Source: a virus
Lineage: Duplodnaviria; Heunggongvirae; Uroviricota; Caudoviricetes
Length of the DNA stretch: 7,881 bases
Reading direction: 5' to 3' (one strand)
Virus record (IMG/VR): IMGVR_UViG_3300029498_000057
Made by a program: the position numbers and the translations under genes. The notes beneath the pieces are model-generated. The model ran no database searches and was not told where the DNA came from. It saw only the letters and a list, made by a program, of their open reading frames with translations. Positions 6,001 to 7,881 of this stretch are shown here, piece after piece. Positions within the stretch are counted from its first letter, which is position 1, and every line of letters begins with the position of its first letter.

Positions 6001-7572
6001 ATGGACACCTCACTTGCTCATGAGAACGCCCGCCTGCGGGCACTGTTGCAGACGCAACAGGACACCATCCGCCAGATGGCTGAATACAACCGCCTGCTCT
6101 CACAGCGGGTGGCGGCTTATGCTTCCGAAATCAACCGGCTGAAGGCGCTGGTTGCGAAACTGCAACGTATGCAGTTCGGTAAAAGCTCAGAAAAACTTCG
6201 TGCAAAAACCGAACGGCAGATACAGGAAGCACAGGAGCGAATCAGCGCACTTCAGGAAGAAATGGCGGAAACGCTGGGTGAGCAATATGACCCGGTACTG
6301 CCATCCGCCCTGCGCCAGTCTTCAGCCCGTAAACCGTTACCGGCCTCACTTCCCCGTGAAACCCGGGTTATCCGGCCGGAAGAGGAATGCTGTCCTGCCT
6401 GTGGTGGTGAACTCAGTTCTCTGGGATGTGATGTGTCAGAGCAACTGGAGCTTATCAGCAGCGCCTTTAAGGTTATCGAAACACAACGTCCGAAACAGGC
6501 CTGTTGCCGGTGCGACCATATCGTGCAGGCACCAGTACCTTCAAAACCCATTGCACGCAGTTATGCCGGAGCGGGGCTTCTGGCCCATGTTGTCACCGGG
6601 AAATATGCAGACCATCTGCCGTTATACCGCCAGTCAGAAATATACCGTCGTCAGGGAGTGGAGCTGAGCCGTGCCACACTGGGGCGCTGGACAGGTGCTG
6701 TTGCTGAACTGCTGGAGCCGCTGTATGACGTCCTGCGCCAGTATGTGCTGATGCCCGGTAAAGTCCATGCTGATGATATCCCCGTCCCGGTCCAGGAGCC
6801 GGGCAGCGGTAAAACCCGGACAGCCCGGCTGTGGGTCTACGTCCGTGATGACCGTAACGCCGGTTCACAGATGCCCCCGGCGGTCTGGTTCGCGTACAGT
6901 CCGGACCGGAAAGGTATCCATCCACAAAATCACCTGGCCGGTTACAGCGGTGTGCTTCAGGCCGATGCTTACGGTGGTTACCGGGCGTTATACGAATCCG
7001 GCAGAATAACGGAAGCCGCGTGTATGGCTCATGCCCGGAGAAAAATCCACGATGTGCATGCAAGAGCGCCCACCTACATCACCACGGAAGCCCTGCAGCG
7101 TATCGGTGAACTGTATGCCATCGAGGCAGAGGTCCGGGGCTGTTCAGCAGAACAGCGTCTGGCGGCAAGAAAAGCCAGAGCCGCGCCACTGATGCAGTCA
7201 CTGTATGACTGGATACAGCAACAGATGAAAACACTGTCGCGTCACTCAGATACGGCAAAAGCGTTCGCATACCTGCTGAAACAGTGGGATGCACTGAACG
7301 TGTACTGCAGTAATGGCTGGGTGGAAATCGACAACAACATCGCAGAGAACGCCTTACGGGGAGTGGCCGTAGGCCGGAAAAACTGGATGTTCGCGGGTTC
7401 CGACAGCGGTGGTGAACATGCGGCGGTGTTGTACTCGCTGATCGGCACATGCCGTCTGAACAATGTGGAGCCAGAAAAGTGGCTGCGTTACGTCATTGAA
7501 CATATCCAGGACTGGCCGGCAAACCGGGTACGCGATCTGTTGCCCTGGAAAGTTGATCTGAGCTCTCAGTAA
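6001..7572 (+). CDS. tnpC: IS66-family transposase TnpC (Orf3), 523 aa
   Basis: 523-aa ORF preceded by GTGAGGA. Has an N-terminal coiled-coil/leucine-zipper-like region, a Cys-rich zinc-finger-like motif (CPACGGEL...CRCDH) and a large catalytic core, typical of IS66 transposases. Ends ~30 bp before the right terminal repeat. Confidence 0.93.
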   Translation: MDTSLAHENARLRALLQTQQDTIRQMAEYNRLLSQRVAAYASEINRLKALVAKLQRMQFGKSSEKLRAKTERQIQEAQERISALQEEMAETLGEQYDPVLPSALRQSSARKPLPASLPRETRVIRPEEECCPACGGELSSLGCDVSEQLELISSAFKVIETQRPKQACCRCDHIVQAPVPSKPIARSYAGAGLLAHVVTGKYADHLPLYRQSEIYRRQGVELSRATLGRWTGAVAELLEPLYDVLRQYVLMPGKVHADDIPVPVQEPGSGKTRTARLWVYVRDDRNAGSQMPPAVWFAYSPDRKGIHPQNHLAGYSGVLQADAYGGYRALYESGRITEAACMAHARRKIHDVHARAPTYITTEALQRIGELYAIEAEVRGCSAEQRLAARKARAAPLMQSLYDWIQQQMKTLSRHSDTAKAFAYLLKQWDALNVYCSNGWVEIDNNIAENALRGVAVGRKNWMFAGSDSGGEHAAVLYSLIGTCRLNNVEPEKWLRYVIEHIQDWPANRVRDLLPWKVDLSSQ

Positions 7573-7576
7573 ATAT

Positions 7577-7602
7577 CAATACGGTTCTGACGAGTCGCTT
7601 AC
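7577..7602 (-). repeat. IS66-family right terminal inverted repeat (IRR), approximate extent
   Basis: Reverse complement of 7577..7602 is GTAAGCGACTCGTCAGAACCGTATTG, beginning with the canonical IS66-family terminal GTAAGCG and matching the left end at about 18 of 26 positions. Confidence 0.6.
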
Positions 7603-7881
7603 AAGAGGAACGAGAACCATTCATAGAGCCTAACACACTAAATGCCGCATTGAATCCCACGACTCGGCACGATCAACGTAAGATAATCGGAGCTTGCTGC
7701 ATGGTGACAAATGGAAAATGTGAAGGTAAAGAAAACGACATTACTAACTGACGTTTGTATCTAACACTGGGGACAGGTCACCTTGAATCGATGGAAGTCT
7801 CATTATGGATTTGCCCCTATATTTCCAGACATCTGTTATCACTTAACCCATTACAAGCCCGCTGCCGCAGATATTCCCGTG

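Larger units (their letters stand above)
4904..7602 (+). mobile_element. IS66-family insertion sequence (~2.7 kb) with three ORFs (tnpA-tnpB-tnpC)
   Basis: Three co-directional ORFs with the IS66 signature: an accessory ORF carrying the IS66 Orf1 motif, a 115-aa Orf2 whose ATG overlaps the preceding TGA (TGATG), and a 523-aa transposase with an N-terminal leucine-zipper-like region and Cys-rich motif (CPACGG...CRCDH). Terminal sequences begin GTAACCG (left, 4904) and GTAAGCG (right, reverse complement ending at 7602), as expected for the family. Imperfect terminal inverted repeats, about 20 of 32 positions matching. Confidence 0.85.

Noticed and set aside
5030-7463. ORFs inside or antisense to the IS66 genes (5030..5248 +, 5906..6103 -, 6152..6667 +, 6252..6551 -, 6504..6707 +, 6593..7063 -, 6767..7009 +, 7079..7450 -, 7242..7463 -)
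   Set aside because: All overlap the conserved tnpA/tnpB/tnpC reading frames. Translations are Arg/Cys/His/Pro-rich, typical of spurious frames in GC-rich DNA.
7603-7881. Possible identity of the right flank with a phage lambda late-region or pR'/qut sequence, or a tRNA gene (as often found downstream of Q in Stx-type prophages)
   Set aside because: The segment felt familiar but I could not match it to the lambda pR'-to-S sequence I can reconstruct from memory, so I make no claim. I saw no cloverleaf-compatible tRNA signature (no GTTCGAATC-type T-loop with an appropriately spaced acceptor stem).
1-7881. CRISPR arrays, rRNA genes, or a defence/toxin operon
   Set aside because: No short direct repeats with regular spacers, no rRNA-like conserved segments, and every sizeable ORF is accounted for by phage lysis/packaging genes or the IS66 element. 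The only unexplained coding candidates are the small hydrophobic ORF and the YdfR-like gene, reported as findings.

Overview
The window is the late-region/packaging junction of a lambdoid (lambda/phage 21/933W-like mosaic) prophage, interrupted by an IS66-family insertion sequence. Reading on the minus strand (the phage late-transcription direction here, right to left): an S21-type pinholin (4884..4669), a YdfR-like protein of unknown function (4664..4314), a SAR-type GH24 endolysin R (4250..3717), a ~300 bp non-coding gap holding a terminator-like hairpin and a short hydrophobic ORF, the spanin pair Rz/Rz1 (3418..2951, Rz1 embedded), a complete cos site (cosQ side, cosN 2686..2697, cosB with three CATGTCGG repeats), terminase small subunit Nu1 (2509..1964), terminase large subunit A (1989..64) and the first 22 codons of gpW (67..1). 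On the plus strand, a 2.7 kb IS66-family element (about 4904..7602; tnpA, tnpB, tnpC) lies 20 bp upstream of the holin start codon with no target-site duplication. The last ~280 bp (7603..7881) carry no supportable gene. Identifications rest on reading the translations and DNA against phage sequences recalled from memory; no database search was run. I did not find an obvious defence or toxin system. The least-explained parts are the two extra elements inside the lysis cassette, the hybrid cos/Nu1 specificity module, and the IS junction. All CDS coordinates include the stop codon.
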